A stretch of 64,000 nucleotides of DNA from a virus (IMGVR_UViG_3300030433_001574:1-64000), one strand, 5' to 3'; shown: positions 18,253-27,422, counted from the stretch's first letter. Notes: generated from the sequence alone by a model not told the origin. Translations and numbers: made by a program.

Positions 18253-19181
18253 GAAACGCATTAGGATTGTTTGATGGTATAGCATGTGGCCGACTGGCTT
18301 TGGAGCGAGCAGGTATCGAGTTCGATAACTACTACTCGTCTGAGGTAGACAAGTATGCCATTCAGATTGCTGACAAGAACTACCCGGACAACATACGCTT
18401 AGGCGACATTCTCAACTGGCGTGACTGGGATTTAGAGGATGTCGATTTAATTATGGGTGGCTCACCCTGCCAAGGCTTCTCCTTCGCTGGACACAGACTC
18501 AACTTCGATGACCCTCGTAGTCGTTTGTTCTTCGACTTCGTAGATGTCGTGAAGCACTACAAGCCGAAGTATTTTCTACTGGAGAATGTGAGGATGCGGA
18601 AGGACATTCAAGATGCCATAAGTGCCATACTCGGTGTAGAGCCTGTCATGATAAACTCAAGTCTCGTATCAGCACAGAACAGAGTCAGACTCTACTGGAC
18701 AAACATACCGAACATCACACAGCCTGAAGACAAAGGCATTGTGCTGAAAGACATACTGGAGATTGATGGGTATGTGGACAGAGACAAGTCGTATTGCTTA
18801 GATGCCAACTACTACAAGGGTGGCAACTTGAAATCTTACTTTGAGAAACACAGACGACAGTTGGTGTTCAGCGACAGTGGCTTGTGTCATGTAGGCGATG
18901 CTGACATCAACTCCAAACATGAATCTATCAAACGAGTCTACCATCCCGATGGCAAATGTCCTACGCTTACTACAAGCATGGGTGGACACAGAGAAGCAAA
19001 GATAGCAACAAGCGAAACGACGTGGAGAAAACTCACACCACTAGAGTGTGAGCGATTACAGACTCTTCCTGATGGCTACACAGAGGGAGTGAGTAACACT
19101 CGGAGATACAAAGCCATCGGTAACGGTTGGACTGTTGATGTGATAGCACACATCTTCAATCACATAGAGGTGAAAGAATGA
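18240..19181 (+). CDS. C5-cytosine DNA methyltransferase
   Basis: LFDGIAC (motif I), GGSPCQGFS (IV), LLENV (VI), QNRVRLYW (VIII), ECERLQT, GNGW. Confidence 0.95.
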   Translation: MVKIRNALGLFDGIACGRLALERAGIEFDNYYSSEVDKYAIQIADKNYPDNIRLGDILNWRDWDLEDVDLIMGGSPCQGFSFAGHRLNFDDPRSRLFFDFVDVVKHYKPKYFLLENVRMRKDIQDAISAILGVEPVMINSSLVSAQNRVRLYWTNIPNITQPEDKGIVLKDILEIDGYVDRDKSYCLDANYYKGGNLKSYFEKHRRQLVFSDSGLCHVGDADINSKHESIKRVYHPDGKCPTLTTSMGGHREAKIATSETTWRKLTPLECERLQTLPDGYTEGVSNTRRYKAIGNGWTVDVIAHIFNHIEVKE

Positions 19182-19324
19182 TTACTTGTTTTTCATGTGT
19201 AAGAGACGACCCTGTATTTCAAGAATGTCTTAATGATTTAGCGAGGGCTTTGGATAACATAGGCTACAACTCTTGGCACTCTTACTGCCCTTGTTGCGGT
19301 AAGCGTTTGGAGGTGAAAGAATGA
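19178..19324 (+). CDS. 48-aa Zn-finger microprotein flanked by a 15-bp direct repeat (not in ORF track)
   Basis: MITCFSC...YCPCCGKRLEVKE; GAGGTGAAAGAATGA at 19167-19181 and 19310-19324. Confidence 0.6.
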   Translation: MITCFSCVRDDPVFQECLNDLARALDNIGYNSWHSYCPCCGKRLEVKE

Positions 19325-19644
19325 AATTTGTTCATGGAGAGAAGCGATACACGCCAACGGTGTTGCACACCAGTATAGACGGAACTGGTTACTTGTGTGG
19401 TGCAGAGCGAATAGGTTCGTGGCATGACAGATGTATGACTAATCAATTTGTCAAGTCTCTACCAAAATGCGAGGACTGCGAGGCTGTGAAAGGTGACAGA
19501 ACTAAGATGGCTGTAACTTTCCCTCCACCTACAGTGAAAGAGAACATACTCTCGTCTCCGAGTGTCATTGACTTTGATGCTTGGTCAGCAGATAGGAGTA
19601 GTGATGCTGGTATATATGTCAAAGACTACAGGAGGAATGCTTGA
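19321..19644 (+). CDS. Hypothetical Zn-binding protein
   Basis: H..YLCG..CEDC. Confidence 0.65.
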   Translation: MKFVHGEKRYTPTVLHTSIDGTGYLCGAERIGSWHDRCMTNQFVKSLPKCEDCEAVKGDRTKMAVTFPPPTVKENILSSPSVIDFDAWSADRSSDAGIYVKDYRRNA

Positions 19645-20171
19645 TGACTTACAGCGTTGAGTGTATCAAGTGTAAACTTCCTTTCACAAAGAGGTCGATG
19701 AAATCTAATCAAAAGGTTTGCCACGACTGTCTCTACAAAAATGCATACGGAAAGTTACAGAACATTCGTGTGATGTCGAGCAACGATGAATTGACTAAGC
19801 AAGAGTTGGTTGCGAAACTCGACATCATGGATGAGAAGATGGACACACTCACACAGACAATCGACACACTGGTCAAAGAGGCTGTTGAGAAGTTGGTTGA
19901 TGAAGCCTCATTGGAATACAGTGACGAGTTTGCTACCTTAAAAGCCAGCATTGTTTCTATGCAAAAGGAACACGAGGAGAAAATGAAGACACTGCTCTCC
20001 ACAGTGAACACTCGTATGGTCGCATTTGAGAAGCGATTGGAGGAGCGAATTGTTATCCTCATGAGGAAGGTGAGGGAACTCAGGAATCAAGCGAAGAAAC
20101 GCAAGTGGCGTATTACGAAAGGGGGAGTAAAGAATGCTCTCGATAAACGATTGTTTGAAGTTGATATATAA
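19644..20171 (+). CDS. Zn-finger plus coiled-coil protein
   Basis: CIKC..CHDC followed by a long heptad-rich region. Confidence 0.75.
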   Translation: MTYSVECIKCKLPFTKRSMKSNQKVCHDCLYKNAYGKLQNIRVMSSNDELTKQELVAKLDIMDEKMDTLTQTIDTLVKEAVEKLVDEASLEYSDEFATLKASIVSMQKEHEEKMKTLLSTVNTRMVAFEKRLEERIVILMRKVRELRNQAKKRKWRITKGGVKNALDKRLFEVDI

Positions 20172-20178
20172 AGCAACA
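20160..20178 (+). promoter_or_regulatory. Conserved TATA promoter motif, copy 9
   Basis: GTTGATATATAAAGCAACA, 34 nt before ATG 20194. Confidence 0.85.
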
Positions 20179-20193
20179 GTAGAAGGTGATAAC

Positions 20194-20757
20194 ATGGAAT
20201 GGACTGATGGAACAGGTAAGGCATTGAGCAAGTTCGCAAGTGAACTGACGAAGCAAGAGAAGAACAGGCGTGACTCCAAAGAGGAATACTACGCTGACCC
20301 TCATCTCTACGTCATGGATTTGAAGACTGGTGCGGCCATGCTGATTGAGACTGACTTTGAAAACACAGGTGGTAAGACACATGGTAGAGGTTATCGAAAG
20401 TGTGCTGAGGTTCAGCAACGGATGCCAGCCAAGTTCCCACAGAAGAATGTCATGGCTCGTCTATTGGCTATGGCTATTCGTAACTTCGTGCCTACAGATA
20501 CAGACCCAGCCTACTACAGCGTGGTGGTTGAGAATGCCATTGACGATATAGCGAAGATGCTCACTGACGATTCTGAATGGAGTATCGAAGAAGAGAAACA
20601 TGCACCAGCGCTCAAGAAAGCCATTGACAAATTGATGGATGAAACAATCAGCACTCGTGCTGGAGACACACTACTCAATGTTATGTTCACTGAGGTAGAG
20701 ACAGCCATGATGGATGTCTCCGCTATCATGGAGAACAAGAAGGAGGTGGCACAGTGA
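20194..20757 (+). CDS. Hypothetical protein
   Basis: ORF after promoter. Confidence 0.75.
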   Translation: MEWTDGTGKALSKFASELTKQEKNRRDSKEEYYADPHLYVMDLKTGAAMLIETDFENTGGKTHGRGYRKCAEVQQRMPAKFPQKNVMARLLAMAIRNFVPTDTDPAYYSVVVENAIDDIAKMLTDDSEWSIEEEKHAPALKKAIDKLMDETISTRAGDTLLNVMFTEVETAMMDVSAIMENKKEVAQ

Positions 20758-20957
20758 TGGAATTCCCAACATTGGTCATTCAGTTAAGAAACGACGCTGG
20801 CTTTGCTATTGACATGCCTGATGACTGGTTTGAGACTGTCATGCAAATAGCCACTGTGGTTCATAGCAAATACGACTGTGGCGTAGATGTGTTATACGGC
20901 ACTGCTTCTAAGGAGGGTTTCATTATCATAGAGGAAGAGGTGAACAAGAATGACTGA
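20754..20957 (+). CDS. Hypothetical protein
   Basis: GGAGGTG RBS. Confidence 0.6.
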   Translation: MMEFPTLVIQLRNDAGFAIDMPDDWFETVMQIATVVHSKYDCGVDVLYGTASKEGFIIIEEEVNKND

Positions 20958-21159
20958 CATAACAATAGACAGATGGATAGAATCAGCGAGAGTATCGCTG
21001 GACGAATTAGAGAAAGAAGTCAAGCGGTTGCGAAGAGCATGGCAAATACTACGCTCAAAAACAGAGATGAGTTGCGTATGCTTCACTGAATATCCCGACA
21101 AGCAAGACATAAACACACATGAATTGATGGACTTGGCACTTAAGGAGGCGAGCGAATGA
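20950..21159 (+). CDS. EVKRLR-family small protein
   Basis: LEKEVKRLRR; GAGGTGA RBS. Confidence 0.65.
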   Translation: MTDITIDRWIESARVSLDELEKEVKRLRRAWQILRSKTEMSCVCFTEYPDKQDINTHELMDLALKEASE

Positions 21160-21335
21160 TTGACACAGACAAACATGAAGGAAGCAAAGGCCAATACTTC
21201 ACAGGCAAAATGGTTGATAACTACTTGAATATGCAAGTAGAAATCAAGCGGTTGCGTGAGAAGAATAAGAAGTTGCATAGCAGGTGTATGCACCTTGAGA
21301 ATTTGTTAGAAGAATGGCAGGGGGCATACGAATGA
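21156..21335 (+). CDS. MIDTDK...EIKRLRE family 59-aa protein (not in ORF track)
   Basis: MIDTDKHEGSKGQYFTGKMVDNYLNMQVEIKRLREKNKK... Confidence 0.65.
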   Translation: MIDTDKHEGSKGQYFTGKMVDNYLNMQVEIKRLREKNKKLHSRCMHLENLLEEWQGAYE

Positions 21336-21544
21336 TTGACACAGACAGATACGAAGAAACAGACCACCCCGAACTTGTAGAGTTTGAAGGTGAAACGCTC
21401 GGAGATACACTAACGAACCTGCTCGCAGAAGTCAAGCGGTTGCGTGAAACGATTAAGGTAGCGATTACTGACCTTGAACAGACGAACTTACACGAAGAAA
21501 CAAGAGAGGATTTACTTGACTTGCTGAAGGAGATGATTGAATGA
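21332..21544 (+). CDS. MIDTDR...LLAEVKRLRE family protein
   Basis: ATGA overlap; paralogous motifs. Confidence 0.7.
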   Translation: MIDTDRYEETDHPELVEFEGETLGDTLTNLLAEVKRLRETIKVAITDLEQTNLHEETREDLLDLLKEMIE

Positions 21545-21648
21545 TTGAGCGCTGTAAAGAATGTGACATCATTCTAAGTCCGTCATGGGATGAGAGCGAG
21601 GACTGTTGTTGCTGGTGCGAAGAACGAATGAAGGGGTTGATTGAATGA
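21541..21648 (+). CDS. 35-aa Zn-finger microprotein (not in ORF track)
   Basis: MIERCKECDIILSPSWDESEDCCCWCEERMKGLIE; ATGA overlaps on both sides. Confidence 0.6.
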   Translation: MIERCKECDIILSPSWDESEDCCCWCEERMKGLIE

Positions 21649-21890
21649 ACGACCATCAAGACAGTGAAAACTTCTCCTACGAGAGAACATGGGAAGAGAT
21701 TGAGACTATGCTCAACGAGGCTGAGCGAAAACAGAACAAGCATCTCTTGGCTATCACAAGAAAAACTGACAAGAAGACTAAGATGTATCACATGAGAAAA
21801 TACAAAGGATTGGAGGGAGTTATCAGAGGACTCCGTTGGGTTCTTGGTGATTTGAAGATGTCAAGAAAGAGGGTGTTAGGCGATGAGTGA
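21645..21890 (+). CDS. Hypothetical basic protein
   Basis: ERTWEEIE..GLRWVLGD. Confidence 0.7.
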   Translation: MNDHQDSENFSYERTWEEIETMLNEAERKQNKHLLAITRKTDKKTKMYHMRKYKGLEGVIRGLRWVLGDLKMSRKRVLGDE

Positions 21891-22221
21891 CAAAGCAGAG
21901 ATACTGGCTCGCACAGTAGAGACACATGCTGGTGTAGACAGAGGCATGGAACTGGCATTGGCTATGGGCTTGAAGGGGGGCGAGTATGCTTCCGCTAAGG
22001 CTCTGTCAATCAAGGTAGCAGGTGATGATAGATGGATGAACCAACGAAGCCCACATGGGTTGATGGTTGATTGCATCTACCTATGCGCTAAGCGTAGAGG
22101 TATCAAGACCAGCGCTGTCAAGGTTCGTGACCTGACGTTTCAGATATTCGGAGTAGGCACACAGCCACGACCCAACGGTTGGCAGAGCGATTTTACAGAT
22201 TTGATTGAGGCATGGCTATGA
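21883..22221 (+). CDS. Single-cyclin-repeat TFB/TFIIB-like protein
   Basis: QRSPHGLMVDCIYLCAKRRG resembles TFB GRSPxGxAAAxIYIAxR. Confidence 0.6.
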   Translation: MSDKAEILARTVETHAGVDRGMELALAMGLKGGEYASAKALSIKVAGDDRWMNQRSPHGLMVDCIYLCAKRRGIKTSAVKVRDLTFQIFGVGTQPRPNGWQSDFTDLIEAWL

Positions 22222-23471
22222 CGAAGTTTGCACTACTTGCTGACATACATGAGCAACTACGCTTGGGTGAATCACCAGTCAAGCAACTGGCTCGGCTGGA
22301 AAAACTTGAGGACGTGATGGCTCTCTATCGTCTGTTCTACATCGACCACACGCCATATAGAACTGACCCATTCAAACTCATCGCTTATGAAGCAACATCG
22401 TTTTACGATGTGGTCAAGGACATACTACCTGAAGAAGAGACATGGATGGTTCTTGCATCTGAGAGTGCGAACTCAGGCTCACGAGACTTCGACCTCGCCT
22501 ATGTCGAAGCACTGCTCCAATCAGCCACGACTTTCACAAAGGTGGCACACAAATTCAACGAGAAGGAAGCACGACTGCTTTGGCGATGGTGTCTTAAAGA
22601 CAAGCCAGTCATAACGAAGAGAGCATTCTTTGGGGCGCTCGCTCGTATTCATGCAGTGCCTAACGAAGTCGTGACACGCAACATGACTTCAGCAACCATC
22701 GTCAAATTATTCAGAGACAAAGAGAGTCTCAAAGCAAACAAACGATGGACTGAGTATGATTGGTTTCCCTCACCTATGCGATGGAAAGCATACACTTCAC
22801 TCGCTCCTCCTGAAGAAAATCACTTGGCTGTAGTTGTTCCCAAAGGTGACATCGTATATCTTCACAACCATGTTGTGCGAGACAGGATGGGGCGAAGGAT
22901 AGGTAAACATGCTTACAGTGCCAACTATCTCTATGAAGTAGTGCGATGTCCCGATAGCGGTGTTGAAACAATCATAGACAGAGTGAAAATACGTTCACCG
23001 CTTGAGCCTTTTCCTACTCGTATGGCGGGTGATGGGAGAGGCCACATGTCTACTGACAGCAACTGGGACGACATTGTTCGTAAATTGCAGTCACCTGATG
23101 TAAGTTGTATTCGACTCATCAAACCTTCTCAAGAGTTCAAGCCTGATGCTATTGGTGGTTATGTGATGCACGCTGACCGAACTAAGGTCTTCTTGAAAGT
23201 AGAATACTTGACTGGGGGTGAGTATCTGTTGGCGGCTCTTGATGGTATTGATGACGTTGTATGTGTAACAGATGCACATGCTCTTCCTGATGAGTTACAG
23301 AACCCACTGGACATCGAGTGCGCTGTGGCTGAGGTAGCGGCTGTGCAAGTTGGTATTAGAAACCACTCTCTCTTCCTATACGACTGGACGGTCATTAAAC
23401 TGAGGACTGACTTGGGTATCAAAGACGTGACTCAGTATGTCGAACTGTTAGCAAGGAGTGGTGTAGAATGA
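22218..23471 (+). CDS. Degenerate ATP-dependent DNA ligase-like protein
   Basis: KFALLADIHE N-terminus, EKEARLLWR, PSPM, C-terminal LRTDLG; canonical KxDG not found. Confidence 0.5.
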   Translation: MTKFALLADIHEQLRLGESPVKQLARLEKLEDVMALYRLFYIDHTPYRTDPFKLIAYEATSFYDVVKDILPEEETWMVLASESANSGSRDFDLAYVEALLQSATTFTKVAHKFNEKEARLLWRWCLKDKPVITKRAFFGALARIHAVPNEVVTRNMTSATIVKLFRDKESLKANKRWTEYDWFPSPMRWKAYTSLAPPEENHLAVVVPKGDIVYLHNHVVRDRMGRRIGKHAYSANYLYEVVRCPDSGVETIIDRVKIRSPLEPFPTRMAGDGRGHMSTDSNWDDIVRKLQSPDVSCIRLIKPSQEFKPDAIGGYVMHADRTKVFLKVEYLTGGEYLLAALDGIDDVVCVTDAHALPDELQNPLDIECAVAEVAAVQVGIRNHSLFLYDWTVIKLRTDLGIKDVTQYVELLARSGVE

Positions 23472-23926
23472 CGATGCAAACAAATGACAAGACAGGATTC
23501 GGTATCGGCTTAGGCTACATGCTCGGCCAACTCAAGTTCAACACCTATGTAAGTAGAGACTCACAAGCAAAGGTAGGTTACAGGGTTAGACGTTCTGTTG
23601 TGTGGCGTGACCCTCCACCAGCGCACGTTCTTCCTTACATTCAAAAGGTGCTGGGTATCGGAGACTTCCTTGCACACGAGTTTCCTATTGACGGATTCAC
23701 GACAAAGAGAGCACAGGAACGACTACGCTTACTTTTTGTCACACTCAACAAAGAGTTCTATCCAGTCGCCAACGCTTTTGCTGACAAAGTAGGTTTTCAC
23801 ATGTGGGTGTTTGTGTGTGACAACCCACCTCCCAGTGACTATGAGGCGTTTCTCAGATGGGCTGAGGTATACGATGCTGAGTATAAGTCAATTCTATTTG
23901 AAGGAACAATGGAAGAGCCAATTTGA
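23468..23926 (+). CDS. Possible degenerate LAGLIDADG-fold DNA-binding protein
   Basis: IGLGYMLGQLKFNTYVSRDSQAKVGYRVRRSV resembles the LAGLIDADG helix plus beta-hairpin, without the acidic residue. Confidence 0.4.
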   Translation: MTMQTNDKTGFGIGLGYMLGQLKFNTYVSRDSQAKVGYRVRRSVVWRDPPPAHVLPYIQKVLGIGDFLAHEFPIDGFTTKRAQERLRLLFVTLNKEFYPVANAFADKVGFHMWVFVCDNPPPSDYEAFLRWAEVYDAEYKSILFEGTMEEPI

Positions 23927-23927
23927 A

Positions 23928-23946
23928 GTTGATATATAAAGAGACA
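23928..23946 (+). promoter_or_regulatory. Conserved TATA promoter motif, copy 10
   Basis: GTTGATATATAAAGAGACA, 34 nt before ATG 23962. Confidence 0.85.
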
Positions 23947-23961
23947 GTAGAGATGATATTC

Positions 23962-24939
23962 ATGGAGAACAGCACAGAACCACAGACTTTGGAGGACATA
24001 GCAGGTCAAACTGCCTTTGTCTCCGACGCTATGGGCTGGCGTGACTCAGGTTCGTGGCCTCGTGCTGTTCTCCTACACGGTATGCAAGGCACTGGCAAGT
24101 CCACTGCGGCGAAGGTCATGCTCCGTGAGAAGATGGGTGACTTCTTTGACCCCATGAACTACATCATTGTCAATGCCTCAGACGACAGAGGGCTTGACTA
24201 CATTCGTAACCAACTCAAACAGATGAGCGCTGTCAAGGCTGTAGGCACTGACAGGAGAGGCATCATCGTAGACGAGGCTGATGGCCTCACACCAGCGGCT
24301 CAGGATGCACTGAGAGGCATCATGGAGGAGTATGCTGAGAACGTCTTCTACATCTTTACATGCAACGAGATTAGTAAAATCAAACCTGCTATTCAGAGCA
24401 GGTGTCTCGTGTATGAGTTCAAGCCCATCAGTCCTGAAGATGGGGCTGAGAGACTTATGCAATTATTCAAGCCTCATTTAGATTTAGGACTTGGTAAAGA
24501 TGCTATCACTACTGCTTCTAATCATACTAAACAGACTTGGAGTATTACCTTCATGCGACTCATGAAGTTTACTGGTGGTGACATGCGTAGCGCTATCGCT
24601 ATCATGGAGAGTCATGGTGACGCTCCTCTTGATGCTCTACAGAAGAGACTATCCGATGGGGGCAACCCATCACAAGCCGCACTCGCCGCCATTAGTGGTG
24701 ACTACGGCGACATGCGAAAGCAATTCTATTCCATGCTTGACCGAGGGCTTTCACTTACCTTCGTCATGCGAACATTCCATGAGAATCTAACCGAGTTCTT
24801 TGAGATGGATGAAGACAACACATGGACAGTCATGGGTGTGTTGGGAGAGATGATTCCCCACATGTATGAATGGCCTATCGGTTCACATTCCTTTGTTGAT
24901 TGCCTTGTGGCACGACTACGAAAGGAGGTATTATCATGA
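23962..24939 (+). CDS. rfcS: Replication factor C small subunit (clamp loader)
   Basis: PQTLEDIAGQ, GMQGTGKST, NASDDRG, DEAD, SRC, GDMR. Confidence 0.92.
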   Translation: MENSTEPQTLEDIAGQTAFVSDAMGWRDSGSWPRAVLLHGMQGTGKSTAAKVMLREKMGDFFDPMNYIIVNASDDRGLDYIRNQLKQMSAVKAVGTDRRGIIVDEADGLTPAAQDALRGIMEEYAENVFYIFTCNEISKIKPAIQSRCLVYEFKPISPEDGAERLMQLFKPHLDLGLGKDAITTASNHTKQTWSITFMRLMKFTGGDMRSAIAIMESHGDAPLDALQKRLSDGGNPSQAALAAISGDYGDMRKQFYSMLDRGLSLTFVMRTFHENLTEFFEMDEDNTWTVMGVLGEMIPHMYEWPIGSHSFVDCLVARLRKEVLS

Positions 24940-26282
24940 CTGAAGAATACGAAGATAACGAACAAAACGAAGACGACCACACCACAGCGGTAGGTAGTAA
25001 CCTACCTGAAGGTGTGCTGGAGCGACTGGAGCAATACGCTACTCGCACGAAGCAAGACATCCAAAAGGTAGTTGCAGACTTCCTTGAGCAAATCAGCAAG
25101 GAGCATGGATGCACTGACCCAAGCCAAGAAGATGAGGACTTGCTCATTGACTGGGCTGAACAGATGTTCATTGAGACACGAAACATTGGTAGCGGTGGCG
25201 CACCTATGGCCGGGTCTGTTCCATTCGTTGGATGCTTTGTCGGTGTCGATGACAAGCGACGTGACCGTCGAAGCAACCTCGTTGCTCGTGCTAAGCGTGA
25301 CTTTACACTCGACCCCAACAACGCTATCGGTAGCGGTATGGTTGGACACTACAACAAAGTGAACGGACAAGCCACATGGACACTGACTAACAGTGAAGGC
25401 ACTGTTCGCACAGAGATACCTGTGGATGAAGTCCCTGAAAACTCATTCATCGCTGACGGCGAGCGTATCTGTTTGCTTGCTAAGAGTGGCCGACCAAAGG
25501 CCATGTCAATGAATGGTCGCAACTACCACTTCTTGGGTGCTCCTGAGAGCGATTTCACCAACGATGGTGCTATCCAACTATGGAGACTCGACATGCAAGG
25601 CGAAGATGCTGACGCTGAAGTTCTCATTGGTGAGCCATGTCGTATCATGGCACGACCACCGAGCGAGAAGGCCGCTGAAGGATTCAAGGATGTCTTGTCT
25701 ACCAGCATGGGAACATCCAAAGCCATCGAATACACAGATGAGTTCGTCAATGAGAACATGCGTGGTCTACTCCGACCATTCAAGTTTTGGACAGACAACG
25801 AACTACACCCTCACTTCGTCCCACTCGATGAGTTGGTTGAAGCGTTTGAGTCAGGCAGTCGCACCTTCACCATCAACGGTGAGCAAGGTCGCAGTGGCCC
25901 TATCGTCTTCACGAAGGGAACAGTGAACCGTATGTCCACTGAGCCTCGTGACAATCAGTATGACGAAGACGGACGAGGTTACTCAATCACTCTCACTTCC
26001 ACTGCCCTTCAGAGCGCACATGGTAGTAGCGATGCCGCTGATGTCATGTGTTGGGTCGGTAGTGCTTGTAACGATTTGACTGCTCCTTTCGTTGCACGAA
26101 CAGATGACGAGACTATTCCTTATGCAGAGCGCTCCACAGTATTGGTGTGTGGTCGTATTGCAGTCAAGCGCAAAGACGGTAAGGACATCCCAAGCCTCAA
26201 GGTGATGGGTGTCTTTGCTGACGCTCGACGCATCCGACGACGACAGACTGGTGGAGATACTGGCGAGGGTCAATTTAACTGA
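24936..26282 (+). CDS. Replication-module protein, possibly OB-fold ssDNA-binding (RPA-like)
   Basis: Position between RFC and ATPase; beta-rich C-terminus; no diagnostic motif. Confidence 0.4.
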   Translation: MTEEYEDNEQNEDDHTTAVGSNLPEGVLERLEQYATRTKQDIQKVVADFLEQISKEHGCTDPSQEDEDLLIDWAEQMFIETRNIGSGGAPMAGSVPFVGCFVGVDDKRRDRRSNLVARAKRDFTLDPNNAIGSGMVGHYNKVNGQATWTLTNSEGTVRTEIPVDEVPENSFIADGERICLLAKSGRPKAMSMNGRNYHFLGAPESDFTNDGAIQLWRLDMQGEDADAEVLIGEPCRIMARPPSEKAAEGFKDVLSTSMGTSKAIEYTDEFVNENMRGLLRPFKFWTDNELHPHFVPLDELVEAFESGSRTFTINGEQGRSGPIVFTKGTVNRMSTEPRDNQYDEDGRGYSITLTSTALQSAHGSSDAADVMCWVGSACNDLTAPFVARTDDETIPYAERSTVLVCGRIAVKRKDGKDIPSLKVMGVFADARRIRRRQTGGDTGEGQFN

Positions 26283-26293
26283 GGTGATGAAGA

Positions 26294-27295
26294 ATGGCAG
26301 GTTTTGGAAAGACGAAAGAAGCAAACAAAGCAGATGAAGAAGAAAAGGTATTGGAGGAAACACCAGCGACGAAGCGCACTGATGATGACCCCTTTGCCTC
26401 TCTCCGTAAAGAACTGGAGATGATGGACAACACACCACAGACTCACTTGTTCATGGGTATCGCAGGGCATGACAACACTGGTAAGACAGCAATCGTTACT
26501 GATGCTTTCTCCAAGTGGTTGTCCTCACCTGAGCGCACTGAACAAGAGAAGCAATACCAACTGTGGGGTCTTGACTTTGAGGGTGGCCTTGCCGCTAACA
26601 AGTCAGCATTCCATCGTGACAATGACAACATCAAGACATTTGAGCCGTGGGTCATGATGAAAGGTGACAGCACTGCTTACAACTACCCAGCAACTCACGA
26701 CAGAGTGATGTCTCTTGCACAGTTCGCTGTTGATATTGCACAGAAGCAACGTGACCCTGACTACAATGGGCCACGACTGTGGGGATTCCACGTCACTGGT
26801 GTAGACCTTTGGGACAGCGTATGCGTGAACTGTATGCGTATCGTAGACTTGAACATCGCTAAGGATGGTATCGAGGCGGCTGACTGGAACAAGAAGGTCG
26901 GCCACCAATGGGACTGGGCTATCCGTAAGACTCGTTTCCACCAACTTACAGGGCTTTGCCGAGCGCTTGTGAAACTGGGTGTGCGAGTCTTTTGGGAGAC
27001 ACACTTGCGACTGACCAACTACTCTTGGGGTAAGAACGAGGATGCGGCATCAACGTGGCGACCTGACTGGGAGAAGGCGAGCAACAACTTCGTCTATCAA
27101 ATCCTTATCTGTGAGCGCAAGGACATTCTCGATGAGGACACTGGTGATGTTGTCAAATCTGAATACACTGTCACATTCGACAAGAGCAAGACCAATGCTC
27201 GACTGCAAGGACAGAAGCGCACTACACTCGTTACAGAGGCTGGTAAAGACCCACAGTGGTATGGATTACCTGAACTCTACGACGGAACACTTTGA
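26294..27295 (+). CDS. RecA-fold P-loop ATPase (Sak4/RadB-like)
   Basis: GIAGHDNTGKT Walker A, LDFEGG, VFWETH. Confidence 0.65.
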   Translation: MAGFGKTKEANKADEEEKVLEETPATKRTDDDPFASLRKELEMMDNTPQTHLFMGIAGHDNTGKTAIVTDAFSKWLSSPERTEQEKQYQLWGLDFEGGLAANKSAFHRDNDNIKTFEPWVMMKGDSTAYNYPATHDRVMSLAQFAVDIAQKQRDPDYNGPRLWGFHVTGVDLWDSVCVNCMRIVDLNIAKDGIEAADWNKKVGHQWDWAIRKTRFHQLTGLCRALVKLGVRVFWETHLRLTNYSWGKNEDAASTWRPDWEKASNNFVYQILICERKDILDEDTGDVVKSEYTVTFDKSKTNARLQGQKRTTLVTEAGKDPQWYGLPELYDGTL

Positions 27296-27297
27296 TA

Positions 27298-27422
27298 CTC
27301 ATGGGGGTTTACGGGGTAAAAATTCAGGACTCTTTGGGGAGCAGGGCCGTGTAACATCCTGTTCTTTCCGTTAGGGGGTTACACTTTCCTCCTCCACTGA
27401 ATTTCCCCCCACCTTGAGGTGA
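27298..27422 (+). other. Structured intergenic element (nested inverted repeats) overlapping the clamp-gene RBS
   Basis: AAATTCAG/CTGAATTT, GTGTAAC/GTTACAC, CTCATGGGGG/CCCCCA..TGAG. Confidence 0.6.

Noticed and set aside
27298-27422. tRNA gene
   Set aside because: No T-loop GTTC motif in a cloverleaf context; folds as a long nested hairpin instead
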